Source: Candidatus Saccharimonadia bacterium
Lineage (GTDB): Bacteria; Patescibacteriota; Saccharimonadia; UBA4664; JBBRNT01
Assembly (NCBI GenBank): GCA_038230095.1
Contig: JBBRNT010000002.1
Span: forward strand, 101,341-165,340
DNA: 64,000 nucleotides
Reading direction: 5' to 3'
Shown: piece by piece, positions 19,644 through 28,586 of the stretch
Position numbering within the stretch: the stretch's first letter is position 1
Layout of the letters: the number at the start of each line of letters is the position of its first letter
Position numbers and translations under genes: made by a program
The notes under the pieces: model-generated
The model's input: only the letters and a program-made list of their open reading frames with translations
Database searches by the model: none
Told to the model about the DNA's origin: nothing

Positions 19644-20057
19644 TTACGAAATGCGGCTTATGCTGGCCTGCACAGTGTTGAGCTGAGCCAGATCGGAATC
19701 CCAGAGGTCTAGGCAGCCCAACATGGTGCTCCCTGGATCAGGGTCGTAGCACAATACGGCGCCACAGATGCGGCCGTCGGTGGCAGTTACATTGCAAGGT
19801 GCCTCTATTTGGGCGCGGTGCTCATTGGGCAGTCCCACTCCACCCGTGGGCAGATCGATCTGGAACCACACGCCAGGCTCAGATCTGGTATGGGTGAGTA
19901 GCCGGGCGTCTTTGGGGTGATCCACGCTGCAGCAGCGGTGGGCGCGGAGCCAGATCTGGGTGGGCGTGGCCGCGTAGCCGTAGCCTTGCGAAACCGTGGG
20001 TAGGCTGGCGAGCAGCGCAATGGCTTCGGGAGCAACTTCGACATGGATGCGGGGCAA
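19644..20057 (-). CDS. Hypothetical Cys-rich protein (137 aa, TTG start with a GGAGG Shine-Dalgarno sequence)
   Basis: It is an ORF with an RBS and several Cys residues (CC, C..C), with no family I can recognise. Confidence 0.35.
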   Translation of the reverse strand: MPRIHVEVAPEAIALLASLPTVSQGYGYAATPTQIWLRAHRCCSVDHPKDARLLTHTRSEPGVWFQIDLPTGGVGLPNEHRAQIEAPCNVTATDGRICGAVLCYDPDPGSTMLGCLDLWDSDLAQLNTVQASISRIS

Positions 20058-20123
20058 GGGAGCCTCCTCGGTTCGGTGGACAAGGCCACTATAGCCCCTT
20101 GGTGTGAGAGTGGCAAGCGTAGC

Positions 20124-20975
20124 CTAGCGACTGACCCACTGGCCAGCGCCCAGATTGCGGACCTTACCGGTAATCTCCATTAGGGAGATTAGGCCTGCAA
20201 ACTGGCTGGCGCTAAAACCAGACTCGCGGATAAGGGCCTCGCCAGCATGGTGGCCAGTGCGGAGCAGGTCCAGCAGTACCGCCTCTTCGGCCGATACGGC
20301 CAGGGCCATTGGGCGGGCATTGGTCTCGACCAGGCCCAGGGCATCCAAGACATCTGTAGCGCTGGTGATGGGGATGGCGCCGGCGCGGAGTAGATTATTG
20401 GGCCCAGCGCTCATGAGACTGGTGGCGTTGCCGGGTACGGCCATGACGAGGCGGTTTTGTTCCAGTGCAAAGTTGGCCGTAATAAGTGAGCCGCTCTTCG
20501 CCGCCGCCTCCGGTACAATGACGGCGAGCGACAGCCCGGCAATAATGCGGTTGCGCGAGGCGAACTGCTGCTTGAGCGGCGGCGTACCGGCTGGGTGCTC
20601 GCTGATAAGGGCTCCCCTACTGGCTAGAATGCTCTTCGCTAGCTCGCGGTTACTGAGCGGGTAGATCTCGTCGAGCCCACCGGCCATGACGGCAATGGTA
20701 GTACCACCCGCCTCCAGAGTGGCGGTGTGGGCAATAGTATCTATACCGTAGGCCAGTCCACTGACGATAACTACTCCTGCTCCGACTAGCTCCCTCGCCA
20801 GCTGGGTAGTCATTTCGGCGCCGTAGGCGGTAGGCGTGCGACTGCCGACAATGGCCACTAGGGGTCGGTCATTTGGAACATGGCCCAAGGCGTAGAGTGG
20901 CCGAGGTGGGCTGGCTATCTCTCGTAGGCTATCCGGGTACTCTGAACTTTGGTAGTTTATCTCAGCAATTTGCAT
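20124..20975 (-). CDS. dprA: DNA processing protein DprA/Smf (start at ATG 20975 or TTG 20999)
   Basis: It has the Rossmann-like DprA core VAIVGSRTPTAYG...IVSGLAYGIDTIAH...GALISEHPAGT. Confidence 0.85.
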   Translation of the reverse strand: MQIAEINYQSSEYPDSLREIASPPRPLYALGHVPNDRPLVAIVGSRTPTAYGAEMTTQLARELVGAGVVIVSGLAYGIDTIAHTATLEAGGTTIAVMAGGLDEIYPLSNRELAKSILASRGALISEHPAGTPPLKQQFASRNRIIAGLSLAVIVPEAAAKSGSLITANFALEQNRLVMAVPGNATSLMSAGPNNLLRAGAIPITSATDVLDALGLVETNARPMALAVSAEEAVLLDLLRTGHHAGEALIRESGFSASQFAGLISLMEITGKVRNLGAGQWVSR

Positions 20976-21194
20976 AATAATTGTTGACAATGAAGGCAAT
21001 GTATGTTAGTATGGAGAGCATACACAAAAACGGTACCTAATACAACCATAAAAACATACTAATTCGCCTGCGACATTGTCTAAATGCACCCTCCTTTAGC
21101 GCAATACGCTCAGGCGAATTAGTCCCTTCGATCACCGGCGCCATTATTATATGAGGTGACCGTTACGCTATTAGCGAGTATCGAAGGGTGTAAC

Positions 21195-21234
21195 AAAAGC
21201 CCGTTGGTAACCACCTGCCACCGGGCTTTTGTTA
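21195..21234. terminator. Bidirectional hairpin terminator in the pth-dprA intergenic region (AAGCCCG-18 nt loop-CGGGCTT plus T-tract)
   Basis: A 7-bp GC stem is flanked by AAAA and TTTTGTT. Confidence 0.45.
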
Positions 21235-21301
21235 TGCCAATATTTTGTAAACTCTTTGCTAAGAGAACAATTGCAATGAGCGGATGAGGTTGCTCTAGAC
21301 T

Positions 21302-21877
21302 CTATCCGAGGAGTTGAGAGGTACCGACGCTAGGGGCTTGATGCGCCGTAATAAGCTCCGTAATGGTGGTCGCAGCTGCTGCGGCAATTCTTGGCAGACC
21401 AGCGGCTTCCTCGGCGGTAAAGGCCTGTAAAACATAGTCTACGGGCTCTATAGGATGGCGGAGTAGAGGACCCGCAATACCGAGCCGGAAACGCCAGTAG
21501 TCAGGCCCGATGGCCGCAGTGATAGAGCCTAGGCCATTGTGGCCAGCGTCTCCCCCACCCTGTTTTATACGCATTTCTCCAAAAGTAAGATCAAGCTCAT
21601 CGTGCAAAACCCAAACATCTTGGGGAAGTATTTTGTAGAATTGCACTAATGCTCCAACTGCCTGTCCCGACAGGTTCATATAGGTGTCTGGCTTGGCGAG
21701 GATTATCTTCTCGCCATTTTCGTTGTGCTCTACGACGGTGGCCTTGAACTTACTATTAGTGACTGGCCAAAGCAGATCGAGCTGGCTAGCTACGGCGTCC
21801 AGGACCATGAAGCCTAGATTGTGACGCGTAGAACGGTACTCGGTACCATAGTTTCCTAGTCCGACAATGAGCTTCAT
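21302..21877 (-). CDS. pth: Peptidyl-tRNA hydrolase
   Basis: It starts MKLIVGLGNYGTEYRSTRHNLGFMVLD. Confidence 0.9.
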   Translation of the reverse strand: MKLIVGLGNYGTEYRSTRHNLGFMVLDAVASQLDLLWPVTNSKFKATVVEHNENGEKIILAKPDTYMNLSGQAVGALVQFYKILPQDVWVLHDELDLTFGEMRIKQGGGDAGHNGLGSITAAIGPDYWRFRLGIAGPLLRHPIEPVDYVLQAFTAEEAAGLPRIAAAAATTITELITAHQAPSVGTSQLLG

Positions 21878-23202
21878 TACTCTTTGCCCTCGCGGGTATC
21901 GCGGAACTCGAAGCGGATGGGTGTGCCGACGAAGTCGAACTCGACGCGCAGTTTATTTTCCAGATAGCGCTTATATGAGAAATGCATAAAGCTGGCATAG
22001 GTAGAGAACAGTAGAAATGTGGGCGGCTGCATGTCTGTCTGGGTGACGTAACGAATTTTCGGTTGGCGGTTCTTCAGGCCAGCCGGAGGGTGCTCGGCGG
22101 TAACGCGCTCCAGCCAGAGATTAAGCTTGTGTGTAGGCAGCTTGGTCTTACGGCGCTCGTGGATCTCGGTGGCTAGCTTGAGGATCTGGGTGACATGCTC
22201 ACCGGTAACGGCGGAAGTGAAGACCACGGGTGCCCAGGGCGCAAATACGAAGTCACGCTCAATCTTACGGATAAGGCGGGTCTGGGTGCGCTCGTCCTTG
22301 TCCCCCACGGCATCCCACTTATTGACGACAATTATCAGGCCCTTGCCGGCTTCGAGGATCTGGCCAGCTAGGTGGTGGTCCCCAGCGACACTCAGATCGG
22401 TGGCATCCAGGATGAGGCAACAGACGTCGCTGGTCTCGATGGTAGATAGAGTGCGGGTTACACTGTACTTCTCGATCCCCGCTTCAATTTTACCCTTACG
22501 GCGGAGCCCAGCGGTGTCGAGCAAGGTAATCTTCTGACCAAAAGCGGCCATTTCCAGATCACGCACGTCGCGGGTGGTGCCAGCGGCGCTGGACACAATA
22601 GCTTGCTGTTTACCAGCCAGGCTATTGTAAAGGCTGGACTTGCCAACATTGGGTCGGCCAATGAGGGCGATACGGAGAGTTTCCTCCTCGGCGGGACGAT
22701 TGGCCTTGGGAAGATGGGTGGTGACAGCGTCGAGCAAGTCGCCAGTACCAATACCGTGAACGGCCGAGACGCCCACCTGGGTCTTGATGCCCAGACGGGC
22801 AAACTCGGCGTCGATCTGGCCCTTATTGGTATCTACCTTGTTGACGGCTAGGATAACGGGCTTACCGGAGCGGAGGGCCATCATAGCCGCAGCACGGTCC
22901 TGCTCGGTCGGCATGACCAGGGCATCGACGGTGACAATAAGGCAGTCAGCCATACGGGCGGCACTCTGGATCTGGTCGGCAATCTGCTCACCTAGCTCGG
23001 ATAATGTGGTCTCGAGCCCGGCGGTGTCGATAAGCTTGAAGGCGCGGCCATTCCACTCCACTACGCCGTGGACGGCGTCGCGGGTAGTACCACTGACCTC
23101 TGAGGTGACGGCTTGGCGGCGGCCGGTGAGGCGGTTAAACAAGCTGGACTTGCCGACATTACTGCGGCCGACAATAGCAACGGTAGGCATGGTTACTGCC
23201 AT
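21877..23202 (-). CDS. der: Ribosome biogenesis GTPase Der/EngA (two GTPase domains plus KH-like domain)
   Basis: It has two P-loops, VAIVGRSNVGKSS and IALIGRPNVGKSS. Confidence 0.9.
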   Translation of the reverse strand: MAVTMPTVAIVGRSNVGKSSLFNRLTGRRQAVTSEVSGTTRDAVHGVVEWNGRAFKLIDTAGLETTLSELGEQIADQIQSAARMADCLIVTVDALVMPTEQDRAAAMMALRSGKPVILAVNKVDTNKGQIDAEFARLGIKTQVGVSAVHGIGTGDLLDAVTTHLPKANRPAEEETLRIALIGRPNVGKSSLYNSLAGKQQAIVSSAAGTTRDVRDLEMAAFGQKITLLDTAGLRRKGKIEAGIEKYSVTRTLSTIETSDVCCLILDATDLSVAGDHHLAGQILEAGKGLIIVVNKWDAVGDKDERTQTRLIRKIERDFVFAPWAPVVFTSAVTGEHVTQILKLATEIHERRKTKLPTHKLNLWLERVTAEHPPAGLKNRQPKIRYVTQTDMQPPTFLLFSTYASFMHFSYKRYLENKLRVEFDFVGTPIRFEFRDTREGKE

Positions 23203-24116
23203 AATACACTTCCTTCGAGATAGTTGATCAGACGGGTAGTTTCTCCAAAGCGGTCCGGGCTACCCAATATGACGGTAATGACGCTATGGCCATTTACCGA
23301 GGCCAAGGCTACGACGGATTCTCCGGCAGCTGGCGTATACCCTGTCTTTATACCAGAAAATCTGGCATCTTTCAATAGCTGATTGGTGGTTGCCAGAGTA
23401 TAGCTATGGCCATTTGTAGCCTGGATGGTCTTTTGGCTGGTCATAACCAAGGAGCGGACAGTGCTATTAGATAGGGCCAGGCCGGCCATGCGGACGAGAC
23501 TAGCCGCTGTGGCATAGTTGTTGTCGTCCACCAGGCCACTGGCGCTGGTAAAGTGGGTCCCCCCAATCCCCCAGCTAGTGGCCAGCGCATTCATGCGCTC
23601 GGTGAAGGCGACAGTAGTGCCGGCGTCCCAGATGGCGAGCGCATCGGCGGCATCATTGGCCGAGGGGATAAGCGTGGCAGCCAGGACACTGCGCAGGCTG
23701 AGCTGCTCCCCCGCTACTAGATGGATCTGGGCTGCATCTGGAGCATAGCTGGGTAAGGGTGGAATAGTCACGGTCTCATCGAGGCTATGGCGCGACAAGA
23801 TGACGAGCGTGGTCATGAGCTTGGTAATGGAGGCAATTGGGCGCTGGTCAGTGCTATTCTTCTCAAACAGCACGGCGCCTGAGGCGGTATCTACCGCTAG
23901 GGCAGCCTTGGCGCCAAGGGCAAATGAACTGCTGCCGGTGCTGGTGAGTGGCATGGCAAGGGCGGTATAGGTAACCGGTGCCGGCAGATGGCTAGCAGAA
24001 CTGGGAGCGGCTGGTATTGCCCAAGAAACCAGGCTGTTGCGGAGTCCTGCTGGTAGGTGGCTGGTAAGCCCGGTGAGCTGGAGAGCCAAGAGTAGAAGTC
24101 CAACCATAGTGCTCAT
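23193..24116 (-). CDS. dacA: D-alanyl-D-alanine carboxypeptidase (S11 peptidase, PBP5-like) with a signal anchor
   Basis: It has SITKLMT (SxxK) and an SxN region in a class-A low-molecular-weight PBP fold. Confidence 0.75.
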   Translation of the reverse strand: MSTMVGLLLLALQLTGLTSHLPAGLRNSLVSWAIPAAPSSASHLPAPVTYTALAMPLTSTGSSSFALGAKAALAVDTASGAVLFEKNSTDQRPIASITKLMTTLVILSRHSLDETVTIPPLPSYAPDAAQIHLVAGEQLSLRSVLAATLIPSANDAADALAIWDAGTTVAFTERMNALATSWGIGGTHFTSASGLVDDNNYATAASLVRMAGLALSNSTVRSLVMTSQKTIQATNGHSYTLATTNQLLKDARFSGIKTGYTPAAGESVVALASVNGHSVITVILGSPDRFGETTRLINYLEGSVLWQ

Positions 24117-24796
24117 GCCAGCTCCTCGGGCGCTACCACGCGGTAGGTGCCGGCGGCGAGATCACCTAGCTCTGCCTGGCCAAACCGGTCGCGGTGGAGG
24201 GTAAGTACAGTATGGCCCAGCGCCTCTAGGGTGCGACGGATCTGGCGGTTGCGGCCCTCGCTGAGCTCCAGGGTGAGGACACGGCCCTCTAGGACGGCCT
24301 GCATAGTGCTTAGACCATCTTCTAGCTCTACGCCGGCTTGTAGGCGTGTAGCTAGCTGCGGCGTGGCAGCGGGCGTTACGGTGACTCGGTAGCGCTTGGT
24401 CTTGCCGTACCGTGGGTGGGTCAGTCGATGGGCAAGCGGCCCATCATTAGTGAGCAGCAGTAGGCCAGACGACTGTTTGTCCAGGCGACCAACGCTAACT
24501 AGGTCGTGCAGCTCCGTTGGAAGCAGCTCGTAGATGGTGGGGTTGTTCCCCTGCTGGCGCCGGCTGCAGACATAGCCAGTAGGCTTATTGAGCATAATTG
24601 TGCGGACGGGCGCCGAGTGCAGCACAACTCCGTCGAGAGCAATTGTCTGAGTGTCTGGTTCTGCTGTCTGGCCCAGAGCGGCGATCTTGCCATCAACTGT
24701 GACACGCCCGCCGGCAATGGCGGTATCTGCGGCGCGCCTAGATAGAAGTGTGGCGCTTGCTAAGTATTGATTAAGCCGCATGCTACTCCCCGCCAC
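24113..24796 (-). CDS. rluB: rRNA pseudouridine synthase (RsuA/RluB family; S4 domain plus catalytic domain)
   Basis: It has an S4 domain (MRLNQYLASATLLSRRAADTAI) and the catalytic motif GRLDKQSSGLLLLTNDG. Confidence 0.85.
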   Translation of the reverse strand: MAGSSMRLNQYLASATLLSRRAADTAIAGGRVTVDGKIAALGQTAEPDTQTIALDGVVLHSAPVRTIMLNKPTGYVCSRRQQGNNPTIYELLPTELHDLVSVGRLDKQSSGLLLLTNDGPLAHRLTHPRYGKTKRYRVTVTPAATPQLATRLQAGVELEDGLSTMQAVLEGRVLTLELSEGRNRQIRRTLEALGHTVLTLHRDRFGQAELGDLAAGTYRVVAPEELA

Positions 24797-25313
24797 CGGC
24801 CGGCGAAGCCACTGGTTCTAGAGGAGGCAGGTCACCAGGACTCGAGAGGCCGAAGAGGTGCAGAAAGTGCGCAGTGGTGCGATAGGTCAGGGGGTGGCCA
24901 GCCTCGGGCAGCTTCTCAGCCTCGGCTACCAGCCCACGAGCTAACAAACTCTTCAGGGTCTGGTCGCTAGAGACACCCCGAAGGAGCTCTATGCCGGCCT
25001 TGGTAATGGGCTGCTTCCAGGCCACTATAGCGAGCGTCTCCAGAACTGGCTTACTTAGGTCTGCGCGGGTTTGGCTGCCGAGGAAGGCATTAACGGCGCT
25101 GCTGGTGTCGGGGTGGGTTACCAGCTCGTAGCGGCCCGCATGCACAACTAGCCGCAGGCCACTATCCTGGGTACGCTCCTGTAGGGAGGAGAGAGCCGCT
25201 AGTACGTCCGGGGTGGCTACGCCAAGGCTAGTAGCGATCTGGGCAGGGCTCACCGGCTCGGCTGCTACAAACAAGACGGCTTCTATCTGGCGTGATAATT
25301 GCTGTGGTGTCAT
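24783..25313 (-). CDS. scpB: Segregation and condensation protein B
   Basis: It is ScpB-like (IEAVLFVAAEPVSP...) and adjacent to scpA. Confidence 0.85.
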   Translation of the reverse strand: MTPQQLSRQIEAVLFVAAEPVSPAQIATSLGVATPDVLAALSSLQERTQDSGLRLVVHAGRYELVTHPDTSSAVNAFLGSQTRADLSKPVLETLAIVAWKQPITKAGIELLRGVSSDQTLKSLLARGLVAEAEKLPEAGHPLTYRTTAHFLHLFGLSSPGDLPPLEPVASPAGGGE

Positions 25314-25990
25314 TTTGACACCATCATAGCACCAAACTGTCCGCTCTGACTGACCGACAAATCGGCCGATTTGACCAGCTCCAGGATGGCGAGAAAGGCT
25401 ACTATTAGCTCGGTACGGTCGGATAGGGCCTCTAGGAAGGGCCGAAGCGGTTGCGGCTCGGTGGTAACATAGCTTGAAAGGCGGTCCATCATGTCCTCGA
25501 GGGTTATGCTCTCGCCAATACCGTTTTCGGCCACCGCAGGTAAGCGGCTTACAACGTCGGCAAAAGCCTGGGACAGGCGCTCTAGCGAGACGTCACCCGG
25601 GGCTAGGCTCGAGAGGGGTAGCTCAGGGGTAGCGCTTCGGCGGTGGCTACGCGGCCCGAACTGCGTGAGTGTATCTAGATAGCCGGCAGCTTGCTTATAG
25701 CGTTGGTACTCGCCAAGCTCTTCGCGCAGCGCCTGGACCTCGTCGTCGCTCGCGCTTTCGGTAGTAGGTAGCAAGGCCAGGCTCTTAATGTAGGTCAGCC
25801 GTGTGGCTAGCTCCACGAACTGGTTAAGCTCGGCCGGGTCATGTAGATTCAGCTCGGCAAGGTGCCGTAGGTATTGATCGGTGACCTCGGCCAGTGAAAT
25901 AGTGGTAATCTCCAGCTTAGCTCCCTCCACCAATTGCAAGAGCAGGTCGAGTGGACCCTCAAAGTTCAGCAAGGCTACCTGGTACGTCAT
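25310..25990 (-). CDS. scpA: Segregation and condensation protein A (kleisin)
   Basis: It carries LLNFEGPLDLLLQLVEGAKLEITTISLAEVTDQYL. Confidence 0.85.
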   Translation of the reverse strand: MTYQVALLNFEGPLDLLLQLVEGAKLEITTISLAEVTDQYLRHLAELNLHDPAELNQFVELATRLTYIKSLALLPTTESASDDEVQALREELGEYQRYKQAAGYLDTLTQFGPRSHRRSATPELPLSSLAPGDVSLERLSQAFADVVSRLPAVAENGIGESITLEDMMDRLSSYVTTEPQPLRPFLEALSDRTELIVAFLAILELVKSADLSVSQSGQFGAMMVSK

Positions 25991-25992
25991 AG

Positions 25993-26607
25993 CTAGATAA
26001 TGGGTGGTGGAGTTGCGCTGCTATCCGGGGTAGCTGGCTCGGTGGCAGCTACTGTAGGCTCGGGGGTGGCTTCTGGTGCTGGTTCTGGCACCGGTTCTGC
26101 TGCTGGCTCAGCGGGCGTAGTTTCGGCAGGTGCAGGGCTAGCTGGCATAGGAGCTGCAGCGGCCTCGGGAGTAGGTGATGCTTCCGGTGTCGGTGTAGCA
26201 ACGGGTGCGGCAACAACTAGTGGGGCGGTTGGCATAGCAGCACCGCCCAGTGCCTCCCGAACAGCACCCACGACGTCTTCAAGCGTGACTTGGGACTTAA
26301 TAAGATAGCGATTCACGCCCAGAGCCTCACCGCGGGCGCGGTCGGTGTCTTGCGATAGGGCTGTCATCATAATAATCTTGGTGTCTTTGGTCTCTGGCGT
26401 AGAGCGGAGTATGTCCAGCACATCGAAGCCACTAATCTTGGGCATCATGACGTCTAGGACAATCAGATCTGGACGCTCACGCACAGCGGTAGCTAGGGCC
26501 TCTTCGCCATCGGAGGCGGTAATAACAGTGTATTGCTCGGCCATGAACCGCGCGGAGTAAATATCGCGTAGATTAATATCGTCTTCGACAAGTAAAACTT
26601 TAGCCAT
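25993..26607 (-). CDS. Response regulator, receiver domain only, with a Pro/Ala/Thr/Glu-rich C-terminal tail (no DNA-binding output)
   Basis: It has a CheY-like receiver (LLVEDD...LIVLDVMMPKISG) followed by a roughly 80-aa low-complexity tail. Confidence 0.8.
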   Translation of the reverse strand: MAKVLLVEDDINLRDIYSARFMAEQYTVITASDGEEALATAVRERPDLIVLDVMMPKISGFDVLDILRSTPETKDTKIIMMTALSQDTDRARGEALGVNRYLIKSQVTLEDVVGAVREALGGAAMPTAPLVVAAPVATPTPEASPTPEAAAAPMPASPAPAETTPAEPAAEPVPEPAPEATPEPTVAATEPATPDSSATPPPII

Positions 26608-26681
26608 ATACTACAGATACCCTCGGTTATGGAGCTTATATTTGCGCAAGCTTCTTGGTTGTAAGCATAACAAGTGCGGTG

Positions 26682-28442
26682 CTACTTGGCAACCTCGGCC
26701 GGAAGAGCATCATTGGTGGCTACGGGCATGGCAATCAGCGGCGCGCGTACTTCGGTCTCAATGCGGTTGGCCGTCTCCTGTACCGTGGCCGCTTCATTGG
26801 CAATGCGGGGTAGACTGAAATTGAAGCTAGAGCCCTTGCCCAGAGTGCTTTCTACCCAGACGCGGCCGTTGTAGAACTCTATAACCTGGCGGCAGAGGTA
26901 GAGGCCCAGCCCGGTGCCCCCGACCGTACGGGTAGCAGTGGAGTCTACTCGGTAGAACTTCTGGAACAGGTGGCCAATGTCCTCCTGCGATATGCCAATA
27001 CCGGTGTCTATGACCTTGACGGTGACGGTATCCTTGGTGCCGGAGACATCAACAGTCACACCGCCAGCGGGGGTGTACTTCAGTGAGTTCTCTATGAGAT
27101 TCATCACAACTTCGCGAATACGCTCTTGATTGGCCGTGACGGTGAAGAGCGGCAAGATGGCTTTGTCGCCGAGGGTCTGTCCGCCGGACTGCATGAGCAG
27201 CGTCAGCTTCTTCTCGGCGGCCTTGAACTGCATGTCTGAGACCACTTCCGTGACTAGCTTGCCTACCTCGACAGGCCCAATCTGACCACCTATCTTGCCG
27301 TCTTCCACCTTGGTGACTGTGAGCAAGTCCCGGAATAGCTCGCCCAGGTGGCCGGTGGACTCGTGGGCCTTGGTGAGGAAACCGCGGGCACGTTCATCGA
27401 TGGCGGCGACATTATTATTCATGGCCAGGGAAATGTAGCCCTCAATGGCAGCCACTGGCGTGCGCATTTCGTGGCTGGCGGTGGAAATAAACTCATTACG
27501 CTGACGCTCCACTTCCTTTTCTAGGGTAATGTCTCGGAACAGGGCGATGCCACCGGAAATGGCACCATTGGCGTCTAGTATGGGCGAGACTGTCATGGTG
27601 AGCGGTATCTTGTGGCCACCCTTGGTCATAAGGCTGAGCGTATTCTTAATGACGGTTTGCTTACTCTGCCAGGCGGCCACAAACGGATCGCTTAGATCGC
27701 TGACTTCTTGGTCATCTGGGGTTTTGAGGCCCATCACGGTGCGGTAGTCCAGCGAGGTGGCACTGTCGGCGTCCCAGCCGGTGAGGGCACAGGCGGCTGG
27801 GTTGAAGAGCTGGATCTGGCGTGATGGGTTCACCACCACAACGCCCTCACCCATACTATTCATAAGTACTTGGGCTTTTAGCTGCTCCTCGCCGAGCTGG
27901 CCGGTAAGGCTGACCATATTGGCCCCCTGCTTGAGACTGGATTGGGTGCGCCGCAGTAGGAGCTGGGCAATAATACCGGCGAGCAGCGTAAGCGCTAACT
28001 GCGGCAGGTGCGCCATGACGTAGGCGTTCTGAAGCTTGTGGCCGAAGAAATCTTGAATGTAGTACACCAGGGTAGCAGCCAGAGCTATGGCAATATAGCG
28101 GGTGCCAAACAGCCCTGTGACCACAATGACTAGGAGGAGCAAGGCATTGTAGGGCGAGTCGAGGCCGCCAGTGCTCGCAATAATGAGGATAATATTGGCA
28201 ATAGTAATGACTGACAGTATTAGCGTAGACAGCGTCAGATTTAGCTTCTTGGCAAACTGATGAATGCTCAGGTAGTAGGCCAGCGCAAGCGCGCCCATAA
28301 GGGCAATAATCCAGGTTAGCGACACATCGCGCAGCATGTCTGGGCGTAGCTTGTAGAGCGCCACAATAATCACAGCAGCGCCCCCACCCAATATGGCTTG
28401 GACGAGCGCGAGGAGGCTGAGACTGCGGCTTCTGGTATCCAA
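26682..28442 (-). CDS. Sensor histidine kinase (polytopic N-terminus, PAS, HisKA, HATPase_c)
   Basis: It has an H-box SHEMRTPVAAIEGY and G-boxes (GTGLGLYL), with about six N-terminal transmembrane segments. Confidence 0.85.
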   Translation of the reverse strand: MDTRSRSLSLLALVQAILGGGAAVIIVALYKLRPDMLRDVSLTWIIALMGALALAYYLSIHQFAKKLNLTLSTLILSVITIANIILIIASTGGLDSPYNALLLLVIVVTGLFGTRYIAIALAATLVYYIQDFFGHKLQNAYVMAHLPQLALTLLAGIIAQLLLRRTQSSLKQGANMVSLTGQLGEEQLKAQVLMNSMGEGVVVVNPSRQIQLFNPAACALTGWDADSATSLDYRTVMGLKTPDDQEVSDLSDPFVAAWQSKQTVIKNTLSLMTKGGHKIPLTMTVSPILDANGAISGGIALFRDITLEKEVERQRNEFISTASHEMRTPVAAIEGYISLAMNNNVAAIDERARGFLTKAHESTGHLGELFRDLLTVTKVEDGKIGGQIGPVEVGKLVTEVVSDMQFKAAEKKLTLLMQSGGQTLGDKAILPLFTVTANQERIREVVMNLIENSLKYTPAGGVTVDVSGTKDTVTVKVIDTGIGISQEDIGHLFQKFYRVDSTATRTVGGTGLGLYLCRQVIEFYNGRVWVESTLGKGSSFNFSLPRIANEAATVQETANRIETEVRAPLIAMPVATNDALPAEVAK

Positions 28443-28586
28443 TATTATCCTTATGCTTCAGCTGGTATTATGGCTGGTTTTGGCCAATGTTTCAATCCAA
28501 AACTGTTCGTCGACCTAGATGGTCTTGGTATAGTTAATGGCTTCTGGGTGGGATAATTGCCGGAAATACGGTAGTATAGTCACACT

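Noticed and set aside
18978-20057. A single gene interrupted by a stop (pseudogene or recoding), since both ORFs share a frame
   Set aside because: At least two in-frame stops (TAA at 19644-19646 and TAG at 19506-19508) separate them, and each ORF has its own Shine-Dalgarno sequence. They are two independent genes.
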